A stretch of DNA of 64,000 nucleotides, taken from assembly GCF_009914755.1 (NCBI RefSeq), contig NC_060928.1; one strand, 5' to 3'. Under the pieces are notes generated by a model that saw only the letters and a list, made by a program, of their open reading frames with translations, was not told the DNA's origin and ran no database searches. The position numbers were made by a program, and so were the translations under genes. Source of the stretch: the human T2T-CHM13v2.0 reference genome, Homo sapiens. Below, piece after piece: positions 41,530-53,695 of this stretch (the first letter of the stretch is position 1; each line of letters starts with the position of its first letter).

Positions 41530-43175
41530 TATATGAAACCATCAATATTAGCAGAAATTTAAAGGTTAAAAAGTAATAATGCAAAAACTGGTTTTGGATT
41601 TAGTTTTTGTCAAAAGCGAAAAATAAATATTTTCCTGCTGTTTGCTTACATTTATATTTAATCTCCTGTCATGTTATAATTAGCTACTTCCATTTCCATT
41701 TCCCTCAAAATATTGTAACTCTTTGGAAACAATGGTTTTCAGCCCCATTTTCCACCTGTTGAATTATATCTATCCATGCCTAAATAAAATACGTTCCTAT
41801 TAAAATTCTCTAAAGGACTTATTTAAGAAATCTGTCAATCAATAATAGAACCTACAATAAAATCTTGAATTATTTGTCCAAAAGTAGAAGCCTAGATAAT
41901 GTAATATCACATACCAAACAAAAATACATCTTTTTAACTTTGAATTGTGCTCTCAGGTTTGCAAGTGAATATAGCTGTATTATAGCTTCACAGTTGTAAT
42001 GGAAATGTGTCTCTATGAATGATCAAAAAGAGTGTTTCAATACCATAGTTCCCTAATTAATATCATGATCAATTACTTTAACGATGAAGAAAGAAAGTGA
42101 CTCAGGTTTTTGAAAAGTCCAGTAAGAAATCAGTGAAGAGCACCAAAATGGTCCAAGTAGAAAGACTAAAGCCTTCTCTTTTATTAAAGTGTAAACTGGG
42201 AATGCAAAGTGATTGGCTCCTTCTGTCAATCAGAAAAGCAGGGCTGGTATGGTTTTTACACACAGCTCTAATTGCTTCTTCTTCCTCTTCAATTAGCTAA
42301 TAACTGAGAATCACACAGGAAAAAGAAAAAATAAAAGAAACAATTGAATAAAAGAATTATTTTTCAGGAAAATCTATGATACCATAGAGAAAGCTATGCT
42401 TAGGATCAGAATATATCAAAAATACAGTAATCAGACATGATTTTTAAACATTCAACATTCAGGTATCAGAAATTTACATATGAATTTCAATAAATTATAA
42501 ATTACATACCTTGGTTACATCAGATTAAGTTCACCTCAGACTAAGCTCTTTGAAAGTTATTGGTAGGTGTCAATAAACCTAAATAGCTTATGAAATTACT
42601 TATCACAAAGAAATGAAAATTCTGCTCTGCCACTAGTATCTTCAGAAAAAGCAGTAAGAAGAAAAGAGTTGCTTATGTACAGTTTTAATTCTATTAAAAG
42701 GTATAGTTTTATATTAAAGACTACATTATTTATTCTGTACAGTGATTCCATATTGAACACTCTCCATCAAACCTTGCATCTCACATGCCACAGGCATCAA
42801 CTAACAGATTTCCTCATTAATTTAAGAATGATACAACAGTTTTAACGCTGACTTTGATGGCTAACAACAAAAGATAATAGATTTGCCTTTAGTTTTATTG
42901 GACTAAATTTACATATTAAAGAGTCTACAAGAATATCACACCTCTCAAAGATACATCCCTTTGGCTGACTTTAATAAATTCCTCCCATATTTGAATTCTG
43001 TACCATCCCTAACTCTCATTCTAGAATACCACTCCCTCTATCACTATATGGGTAATCTGAAAACCACACTCAAACCACACTGTGACACAACTCCTGTTCT
43101 CCAGCTTTGCCATACATAACCTTCTAAACCCCTCCTCTTCCCATCAAGTCCCCCAGAGAATTTCTAAGATTACTA

Positions 43176-43213
<38 letters not shown>

Positions 43214-43222
43214 ACACACACA
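43176..43222. repeat. (CA)n microsatellite
   Basis: About 22 CA units with two TA interruptions. Confidence 0.92.
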
Positions 43223-43227
43223 TTTAA

Positions 43228-43400
43228 AATCTCAGCCCTGCCATTTACTAGTCTGTAACCTTGAACAATTTATTTAGCCTCTCTGTACCTTAGTTTCCTC
43301 ATCTATAAAATGGGAGTAGTAACTACCTCACAGGATTATTATGAGGATTAAATGATCTAATATTTGTAAAGCACTTAGAATAATGACTGACACTTACTGT
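43228..43400 (+). mobile_element. MIR
   Basis: CTGCCATTTACTAGTCTGTAACCTTGAACAA...CTCTCTGTACCTTAGTTTCCTCATCTATAAAATGGG...GAGGATTAAATGA...GTAAAGCACTTAGAA. Confidence 0.85.
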
Positions 43401-44488
43401 TTACTGTAATTACTATTAAATATTTTCAATATTACTTTCAAAATGTATAGATTTCACCCCATTAGATTTGAGGATATCATAAAAACAAACATCACTCTTT
43501 TTAGAGTGATTCAAATCTCTCCTAGAAACACACTCAAGCAGAAGAGAGCCACACACACACACACACACAAACCTCCAGTGCACAGTATACCAGAATCTTT
43601 GGAGAACAAACTTTTGCCCGCTAAGAATGTTATTGTAGAGAAAAAGCTTATGGCAAAATGGGTAATTCAAGCAGAAGTGAAGCACAAACTAACAATTTGC
43701 CTGCTACTTTTACAATGAGCAGAGGCATGATATGCAAAAAAAAAATGTTTTCAAGGAATTATATTTTCTTGAACAGATTTGAATCTGAAACCACTCTGGA
43801 AAGCAACTTGCTCACTTCCTGGACCAATCCATTTACCATGGAAAAAAAGCTTTGCTGAAGTTAGGAAAAAACACTTTCTTTGTACCACTCACTAAAAGTA
43901 AAAGTAGTAAGATGATCCCAAATGTTCGCTATTTTATAAATTCACATACTTCTAAATACCAGTTTTTCAATTAGTTAGTTAATAGGAGAATAAATCCCAA
44001 AACTCATCAGCAAATTTTCTTCAGATTCTCAGTGGCCAATAATCTCCTTTAAAGAAAACCTTTCTTACTTAAAAAAATACTACTACTATAAGGAAAAAAA
44101 TAAAAAGATACTAGATGCTATACTGATAATTACTCTAAGTTCAGTTCACCCTCTGAAAATGTAACCTATTTCCAGACAGCTAAATGTGCTTCTCTACCAT
44201 AAGAACAAATTTCCCTTACCATTTATAGGCAATGTAAGTAACATTATGTTATTAAGTAAAATTAAGATACACTTTTAATCCATTTTAATCCATATGCTGT
44301 GCAATACCAAAACCTAAATTTTACTTCCTTTGATATTCAAAGTAAACAGGTATACTCATAACTTCAGATTAAGGCCAAATGTACAGCACCAGTAAAAGTA
44401 ACCCACAAAGTTAAAACAAAAAACTACAACTAAAAATTAATTTAATTTCAGCATAGAAATCTGAACACCATGACATTTTTATTGTTAC

Positions 44489-45000
44489 CTTTTAAATGCT
44501 TCGGCTGGGTTTCTCTCGCACTCCCCAGGCTGTAAGAGGCTTTGGACTGCTGGATCCCTTAGCTTGTCCTCATATCCTTGGAGTAGTCCACTGCGGCAGA
44601 TCTGGGCTACTAGACCTCTAATAAACCCTCCAACACACAAAGTATCAGAGTCCTGGGCTTTGCAGAAATGAAAGGCCAAAGCTTGGCGATGTAAACCTCT
44701 CTGCAAACTTGCAGGTGAACTTGGCCATAAGAGTTCAGTACATAGGGCCGTCTTGCCACTGCCAGGCCCTCCTACCAACAACACACCCCAGGCAGCTCCC
44801 TTTCCAGAGACACCACTAGCATTATTCCCAGAATTCATTACAAGTGATGGTGCATTGACAGCACTATTGCAGCAGTTACTTTTCTCCTGGAGGCAATGCT
44901 GAAGCTTGTGGAAAACCCACTCCCTACAGTAAAACTGCTTCCCTTGCAGTAAACTGGTTTGAGCCATTTTGCAGACTTTCTCTTCCCAAGGATTAGTCAT
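44489..45000 (-). CDS. ANKRD50: ANKRD50 first coding segment (exon 2; aa 1-170 plus 2 nt of codon 171), containing Walker A GGPGSGKT
   Basis: [25 protein letters not shown]... is the recognisable ANKRD50 N-terminus; donor AAG|GTAACA (GT at 44488-44487); 512 nt, phase 2, matching the next exon. Confidence 0.96.
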
Positions 45001-45763
45001 AACGGGTTTTTTATCTTCATTTGCTAGAGTCTGGATACATCAACACAGGTCTTTCCATCCATTATGACATAACTTGTATATTAAGTTGACTCTGAAGACA
45101 GAGTAACTAGTTACAGTAAAATTCAACAGCCACAGAGTTCCTCTGTCAACAGAACGTGCATGACTTTATTTGGTTCCTTATTCTTGATCAGCAGTCTATG
45201 TATTAGTTGTTGAACTGAGGGAGAAACGCCTGATTCCACAGCTCAGCAACACTTTTCCTAAATTTTAATGAGTCACATAACTCCATGGTTATAACTGGAG
45301 TTTATGTGATTGTGGATGTTTCAAGAACAGAGATGAGACAATACATGTGGAAAACTAAAGAAAAAACCCAATCTTTCAATTTGTACAAAATGCTTCTCCA
45401 GATTCCAAGTGTTAATTCTGCATCTGACAATTAGATTCTGAAAAGAGGTCCACTGCATTAAATGGCATCAGAGAGATTACATTTATACGGTATGAGGTAC
45501 AGTATGTAAGTAGCTCTGTATTTCTCGTTGAAGGATGATCACTCAAGAGTACTAGATCGTGCCAGTTTCAGGCATCTGGGCAACTGCCAGGAACTGTTTC
45601 AGATTATAGTCTCTTATGTGGCAGAAATGACAACCACTGTTAACACCTTCTTAATTCAAAGCATTCATAATATGCATTTTTCAAGACAGCAGATTCTTAA
45701 TGAACCTGTTCACAGGTTTCTTGGTTTTAAGACGTCCGGGTAATCAACAATTTCCACAAGTAA
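45001..45763 (-). other. ANKRD50: ANKRD50 exon 2 5'UTR portion (763 nt)
   Basis: Acceptor TTTTTGTTTGTTTTATTTTAG|TTAC (AG at 45765-45764); no repeats recognised between it and the ATG; alternative internal acceptors exist. Confidence 0.7.
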
Positions 45764-46499
45764 CTAAAATAAAACAAACAAAAATACCTCAGTGCAAAAT
45801 ATCATATGTTAAAAACTTATTAAGGACAATAAAGGTTGCAGTGTACCAGTTAACGTAATCTCAAAAATCCACGTACTTCACCTTTGGCACTTTCAAAAAG
45901 TTGGACAAAAACCATTGAAATAATCACATTCTCCCTTCTGCATTTTTCTTCCTCATTGTTATGCTTCCCAAACAGCCACATTTTAATCAAGTTACCCAAG
46001 ATTTTTGCAACTTCACCATAGCAAAGGAGGGGGGGAGAAACTTTACGCACATACAGTAACACCCTTAACTCCAGGCAAAACGCTCATTCACAGTAGACTG
46101 GTAGAACAGCGCCAGCTAAGGAAGCTCTATTAACTTACACAGTCCAGTCAGTCAAGGACTGTCTACTCCTCCAGCCACACTTCTTTGTTGATAATGTGCA
46201 AAAATCTAGGGGAAGATTACCAGGGTTGCAGCTGGATGGGAAACGGTTTAAAAAAAAAAAACAAAAACGATGGGGGATGACTGTTCTTATAAGAATGATA
46301 AAGCAAACACAAGTAAAATGTGAATCCTTCCTTCCTCTGGGCCAAGGATGGAGGTCAGGGATAAAATCTACCAGTCTGGCCGGAGAAAAGGCTGCTAGAG
46401 AGAAATTCCTTCCAAGACAGGAAAGGGATAAAGAGTAGAGTGCTTCGGTGCTGGTGGGTGTCTGCCCACAGGTCCGGCCTCCAGTTTCAGCTGACAGAC

Positions 46500-47750
46500 A
46501 AAAGGAACTCCGGGATTCCCAGCGCCGGGCACCACCTTGGGTTGGAACCGCCCAGAGGAGCCACAGGGGAGCCACCTCAGAGAGGCCACGAGCGAAGGTG
46601 CAGCCTCCACACCGAGGTCTGCCCTTCCAGAGGCTGGGAGCGCCTCTGCACCCCGCCCCGCACCGAGATTGGGGTGTGTCTTTTGAAGGGGGAGGGGGTG
46701 ACTGAGGTCCTTGCCAATCCCAGACGAGGGGTCGCCTCCCGGTCGGCTTCCGCCTCTGCGCTCCCGCCCCATGCCCCGCTCCCGCTCCCACCCGGCCGAC
46801 GGCGGTGCGAGGGAAGAGGGCAAATCTGGGGCTCCAGGCCGGAGAGGGTGGGTGGTTGGGTCAGGTCCAAGCCACGGCCTCGGCCTCCCAGCTTCCAACC
46901 CGAGGGAGGGGCCTCGCTTCCACCGCCGCCGCCGCCCCCCGGTTACCTCGGCCCCAGCCGCCGCCGTGGCCGCCGCTGCCGCTGTTAGGGACTCTCAGTC
47001 TCAGACACTTGCTTCGCTGAGAAGTCGCTGCCAGCAGCGCTCCCAAGACTCCACTCCAACTGCAGCCGCCTCCTCCGCCGGGCCCGGGGCACGCTCCCAG
47101 CTCCGGATCCTCCTCTTGGCCCCCGGCGGCTGCCAGTTCCAGCTTTCCCAGCAGAATCGGTCGTGCTCGCCCCAGCCCCCACCGGCCAACCGCCGCCGCC
47201 GCCGCCGTCAGGGCAGTAACTGTCTCAGGCAGCCCCCGGCCGGCCGGCTCCGCCCCGCCCGCCCAGCCCAGACCCCGCCCCCGCCCCCGCCCCCGCCCCG
47301 CCGCTCGGCCTTTCTTTGCCCGCCGGCTCCGCCTCCGCGTCCTTCCCCTCCCCCACCGCGCTCTCCCGCAGCATCCCGTGCCTGGGCGTGTGCGGCCGCC
47401 TGGGACCCGCTGCCGGCGCGGCGGGGAGACCTGTCTCGGGGCGGCGTGGGGGCCCCGCCTTTCTCAGGGGAGGCGGAGAACGGGGCGGGGGCTGCGTTCT
47501 CACGTCTCCGAGCTCACGCGAGTCGTTGCCCCCACCCTCCCCGTCACCACTGGGCCCTGATCCTTCCTTTGTCTTCCAGGCCGGAGGGACTCGCCGGCTG
47601 TTGGTGCCGTATCTGCTCCTGGGAGGGGCAGTTGGGTAGGGGGAGATTGCCTCTTGCCTCTCTCTGCTCAACCCTTTTGCCTCTCCCTTAACCCCGTTGC
47701 TTCCAAAGCCACTTCGGGCCCCGTTCTACCCCTCAGTCGTCCGGTCTCCT
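46500..47750. promoter_or_regulatory. CpG island / TATA-less ANKRD50 promoter with clustered Sp/KLF GC boxes
   Basis: Abrupt switch to very GC- and CpG-rich sequence in an AT-rich background; tandem CCGCCC boxes at ~47250-47300 and GGGGCGGGG at ~47482. Confidence 0.92.
46947..47221 (-). other. ANKRD50: ANKRD50 non-coding exon 1 (5' end approximate)
   Basis: Inside the CpG island, just downstream of GC boxes; donor CGAG|GTAACC (GT at 46946-46945); no ATG. The TSS cannot be fixed from sequence alone. Confidence 0.72.
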
Positions 47751-50157
47751 TTCAGTCCATTAAATTCCAGGGATGCTTTTACTTTGGCTGGGACGAAGAG
47801 AAGGAAGGAAAAGACTGGGAAGAATGTTGCGAAAATAGAAATAGTGGGGGTATACAGCGACATTCCTACCAGCCTCATGAAAAGGACGTGGCCTCCATCA
47901 GATGGAGGTTGACAGCAGGCTTGACTGGGTCTCAGGCCCCTGCTCCTCAGGGCCACTTGATCACCCGCAGCGTCCACTAGGGGGGAAGGTCTTGGTCATG
48001 TGGCGTCAAGAAATGCCCTAGAGGGCCTGCTCACAGGGGCCTGTTGGACTAAGCATGTCAGTTGTTTGCACTTACTGGACCTGAGTTGCTTAGATTCCAA
48101 ATTTCTCCCGGGAAAATAAGTATACCGTCAACTGATGGAATAGGAAATGTAGCATTTTTTATTTTAATTGTTTATGCTAAAATCCAGAGTGCTCTATTTC
48201 CCATTCCTCATTAACTTGCATGTGGTTATTTGCCAAAATATTAAGCCAGTCTCCCATCTAGTTTTAGAAATTTCATAGTATAGCTATCACAATAAGAAAG
48301 ATGGATAAACAAATAGATCGTGTTTGTGCTTACTCTTTCATATTGTTTATTCGTGCCAATTGAGGTTTACTGATCTTAGTATTTAATTTTAATTCATGTA
48401 CCCTGAATTTTGGGCTTCTTTCCTAAAACACAAGCAAAAGAGGCAGAGTATAAATTCTCCAGAATTAGGGGGATGAAAATTGATTTTTAAAAAGCTACAA
48501 TTTTTATTTATTTTTGCCTAAGCTGTTTTAATTCCCACTTAGCTTGTTTGCCACGCAGCTTTATAGTCATTGAACAGGTTGACTCCTTCAGTTTCATGGT
48601 TGTAAAATTTTATGTTTAGAGGAAAATTTAAATGAGAAATAATGTATATCACATTATCATTTCTATTAAGCCGTTTGCTAACACAATAATTAAAATAATT
48701 TCTGCCCAGTAGAGAAGTTACCGAAACTTTTTGTTTAGTGGGCCTCATTTATGATAACTAAGCAGTATCATGGAATGCTGTTTTAAATAACATCAGCTGT
48801 AACTAAGCTGTAATTAATCTTCAGACCTATTTAGAATTTTGTTTTTTGCTTTAAAATTTATTTCACATTTTATTTTTATTGCTTTTTGCTTTTTTTAATA
48901 GAAAACCCTTAACAGTGACGTATATGTATATATACACACATATATAATTTTATGAAACTTCTTTTTATCAATTACCTAAATGTTAAACGTGGCATAAGCA
49001 GAATACTTACTCTTGGTACATATTCACATACTTTAATCAGTTTCTTAGTTGTATTTTCTCCAATACCAGATACTCGCATTTTTCCAAAGAATGCAATTTT
49101 TTTCAATGTGGCCTTTCTTATTTTTAATTTGTTCATAAAATTTCCTGAAATCATCACAGTTTCACATAAATTTGAAATTACTGACAGCTTTAACGAATGC
49201 TTCTCTGAAGACTATAATGTTTTAAATGGAAAATTAAGTGGTGAGATACGTATTAAGCTCAAAACACACTCTGCTAAATAAAATATATTCTCCATTCTAA
49301 TTTCTCTATATTGAAATGTACAAATTTTTCAGTTCAAATCTTTTCCTAGCTGTTGTATTTTTTTAAACCTCACTCAGTTATATTGTGCAACAAGTGTTTT
49401 TACAAAACAAAGCTCATTATATAAGTCTTGAAAATGTACGTTTATTTTGATGGTATCAATCAAGTTTAAATACTACAAAATTATGTCATCTCAATTTTAA
49501 TCCATTTAGATACAAAATATAGTTTCATCCAATTAAAAGCAACAGCTCCATCAAAAGATTCCACAAGTTGAGATATTCCAAAGCACAATTCTAAGTTTCA
49601 AAAATTACGTCTTTTATAATGTCTGTGTTTTCATCATCGAGTACATTCAGTTCCTTGTTTGGTAGAGGTAAATTTGAATTTCTTTATATTTGCAAGTTCT
49701 GTAATAATTATAGCAATACCTGAAAGCTACAAAATTTGAAATCTATGACTTTAGAGTTCTAATGATTTTACATGAAAGGCTGTGAAAATTTAGAGGACTC
49801 ATTTTAGTCCTCTAAATTAACTTGTGTAAGTCACTCAGGTTTATTTACAAAGTGATGTTTTATGCTTGGCAGTCTTTCAGGTTATGCCACAAATTTAAAG
49901 AACTCTGCATTATACAAAAAGAGTTCAGCCTACTTGCTATACTCTACTACAGGATAAGTCAGTCTCTATTTCACATATTTCAGATATACCTCACATGTAA
50001 TTTTCTCCATTTACTACTGATTCTCAGAAGTGGCTTCTTGCACGTGGAAGGCAGCTGCAGCAAGCCAGGGCACACTGAACTGCTATGCCACGTGTCTAGC
50101 AGGATCAGCAGCCTTGAGAGTTTCTCTGGTTACTACCAAGCCCAGGATTTGGTATAT

Positions 50158-50159
50158 AT

Positions 50160-50234
<75 letters not shown>

Positions 50235-50270
50235 GTATATGTGTATGTGTGTATATGTATATGTTTATGT
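50158..50270. repeat. (TATATG)n hexanucleotide microsatellite with degenerate tail
   Basis: About 12 perfect ATATGT units then TATG/TG variants. Confidence 0.95.
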
Positions 50271-52139
50271 ATCAACCACCCATATCAAGCTATATTTTAT
50301 TTTTTCAACTAGCAGTCTGCATACTGTCCTTCAAAGGATAGTTACTTTGAATCTGGAAAAGAGTTATTACTGGCAGCCTTTCAGATTTCCCCACAAATTT
50401 AAAGAACTCTGTTTATTTCATCTCATATACTATTTGAGGAGACCATGGCAGAAGCTGGAAATAACGAAGGTCCACCAAACCATTATTGTAATGCTACTAT
50501 TAATAACATTGTTATGTTTACATAAATACACATTTTGTTAGTATGTTCACTGGACTTGATGTGGACCTAGACTATAGAAAAACTTTGATTGACATGGGAG
50601 GCATAATGATAGGAACGTCCAGCTGTGGCTACCCTCTTAAATACCCTTTTAAAAGAATGCTTATTTAAGCCTTACATTTTAAAAGTAATTGTTGCCAGCT
50701 GTATTCATTCCTGTTCTTGAAAACAAGCCTAAAAATAGCTGTTGCTTATAAAATGTGTAAGATATAGGCCTTTTCTTCAAAGAGTTAAACAAATCCCCAA
50801 ATAAGATTTATTTTGCACAATTACCAGTGAAGGGAAATAAAGACTCATTGGCTATGGTTATTAGGTGGCTAGTTACAACGCTTCACCTTTACCCTTCACT
50901 TTTTCCCATGCTCCTAGATAGAGCAAAAGCTCTTAGTAGACCCCAAAATTACACCAACAGTACACATGACAGCATGGATCTGAAATTCATATTCTCTTTC
51001 ACCTCAAATATGCAGCAAGAAATTTAAAGAAGCAAATTAGGATTATCTAACATGTCCCTCTATTGGATTCCCAGAACCACTTTTTCCTACCTTTTCTTCT
51101 ATGAGTCTATATGTAGTTTAAATGACCTCCCTACACCAACCACGAAGTCACCTTTTCATCAAATCTCACCCTTTCATCAAATCTCAGATGCCAATAAATA
51201 CCCTCCATGAAGTATTCTTTGAACTATATTTTAAATATCCAAGAACTGATGAAACTGGCTTAGTAATAACTCATATCCCCGAGTCCTGTGTCAGTCATAT
51301 GGTCACACGCAATAATAGCAATAATTACATGTAATTATATTAATTTGAAAATAATTCAGTGTCATATGTGAAGGTAAACTTTCTCAATTATGTCCCCTAT
51401 GCATCCTTTGACTGGATTTTGGTGAATCATTAGATAAATTAATCACTTGCCTTGCTGCAGATAATTTATTCATTTGACAGATTCCCAAGTAAATGAGAGA
51501 TACTATTTCACTTATTGTCCTCAGACTCTCTGTTTTGTAGAACCACATAGTATTTTTTCTTTGTCCAAGTGTCTGTTACTTGCTAAACTAGTATGCCTTG
51601 GCATTGGTAACGTCGGGAAGATAGATTGTATTAGTTTGGAAGTTTAATATTACGTACTAGAAAGCATAAAAATAAATTAAACAAAGAGTCTGTGGGAGTA
51701 ACACATCTTATAACATCCTAAGGCCACAGAGGCTCTTGTAAATACCACACTTCCTGTCCTACATACATTTCCAGGGAACTGTAGTGATGATGTGGGCAGG
51801 GACAGCTGCGTACCATAGTTGAGCCAAGAAGCCTATGGCTTGGTGGTTACTACTCAGAAAGTTTTTTGTTTTTTCTAAGTTAGGTGGTAAAAGGCCACCA
51901 AAAGGTAATTCAAAATATCCTGACTAGTCAGTGTATCTTACCTAGGTGCCTATATTTCTTGTTAGTGCTCTCCAGTCAGCTTAATATATGATCATTCCTT
52001 TGGAATGTTAATATATATTTCTATTTTCATTTAATACTGATTAAATCCCTTCTGTTTTTGAAAAGTATTCTGTCAGAAAGATGTAACTGGAATCACAAGT
52101 CTAGACTAAATTGGTTGAGGAACACTGTATGCCAAGTGG

Positions 52140-52410
52140 TTTTTGTTTTGTTTTGAGACAGGGTCTTGCTCTGTCACCCAGGCTGAAGTTTAGTGGCACA
52201 ATCTCGGTTTACTGCTACCTCCCACCTCAGCCTCCAGAGTAGCTGGGACCACAGGCATGTGCCACCAAGCCTGGCTAATCTTCATATTTTTAGTAGAGAC
52301 TGGGTTTTGCCATGTTGCCTAGGCTGGTCTTGAACTCCTGGACTCAAGGGATCCACTGCCTCAGTCTCCCAAAGTGCTGAGATTACAGGCATGAGCCAGT
52401 GCACCAAGCC
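52140..52410 (-). mobile_element. AluJ-like element with a small right-arm deletion
   Basis: GAGACAGGGTCTTGCTCTGTCACCC...CTCCTGGACTCAAGGGATCC; TSD-like CCAAGTG on both sides. Confidence 0.88.
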
Positions 52411-52574
52411 CCAAGTGTTTTAACTGTGAAGCACAGGGCCCTGTCAGAGATTATTGCTGTTCTACAAACATACTGAAAATACCAACCTACAGTTATTTTC
52501 TACGTACATGTGTAGATTTCCACACTCTTGGAAAAGGAAGCCATGATTTTATGCCTTTTTTCCAACTCGCTGTG

Positions 52575-52960
52575 TGTGGTAGCTAGACTCCAAAGATACC
52601 CCCAGTGAGCCATGCCTCCTGGAATTCATGTCCTTAAGCCGTCAACTTCATATTGTATCTGGTCTTGCATTAACCATTGGAATGTGGCAGAAGTAACAGT
52701 GTGCCAGTTCCAGGTCTAATTTTGAAGAGGACTAGTAGCTTCTGCATCCTACTTTGGAATGCTCACTTGTAGGAATCACCATTAACAAAATTTGGCTACC
52801 CTGCTGAAGAGGCTATGCAGAGGGACCACACAAGGAAGCCACGGGGAGAGGCCCTGAGATCACATGGAGAGATGGAGAGGCCCAGCCTAGCATCCCAGTG
52901 GGCAGGGTGATGGAGGGGGACTCTTCTGATGACTCTAGCCCCAGGCAACATCTAGCCAAC
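52575..52960 (+). mobile_element. MLT1 (F/G-like) LTR remnant
   Basis: TGTGGTAG...CAAAGATACCCCCAGTGA...GAATGTGGCAGAAGTAAC...TGCCAGTTCCAGG...CACATGGAGAG. Confidence 0.65.
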
Positions 52961-53339
52961 TTCTGCAAATGATATAGCTCTGGAGAAATGAATCAATATG
53001 CCCTTGTTTATACCATCCTGGTTTTATGTGATACATAGATTATCCATTTGCAAAATAATTAGAGAAACAAGATAAAGGTTAAATGAATTTTTAAGTCTTA
53101 TAGACTGAATGAGAATACATGCTTATTTCCAAGTGTCTTTTCTCTCTATTACATACTCCTTATCTCATTAGAAACCTTTCATCAACAAGGAAGCCTCTGA
53201 TTTTAGCCTATTAGACAGCCATTTATTATTTCCAAACATACAAAAAGCATCTGGCTCCAGCATAATGCTTCATAATACATGAGAGTCAGAAGCTCCCCTC
53301 TCAATTCATCTGCAAAGTTTTATATAAAAATGGAATGGT

Positions 53340-53695
<356 letters not shown>

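Noticed and set aside
46135-47980. Overlapping ORFs of up to 326 aa on both strands
   Set aside because: Pro/Arg/Ala/Gly-rich frames expected from stop-codon scarcity in a CpG island; many non-ATG starts and no recognisable domain.
49822-50541. 239-aa and 103-aa ORFs with (IC)n / (YV)n runs
   Set aside because: Kept open by the (TATATG)n microsatellite; non-ATG starts; no protein-family features.
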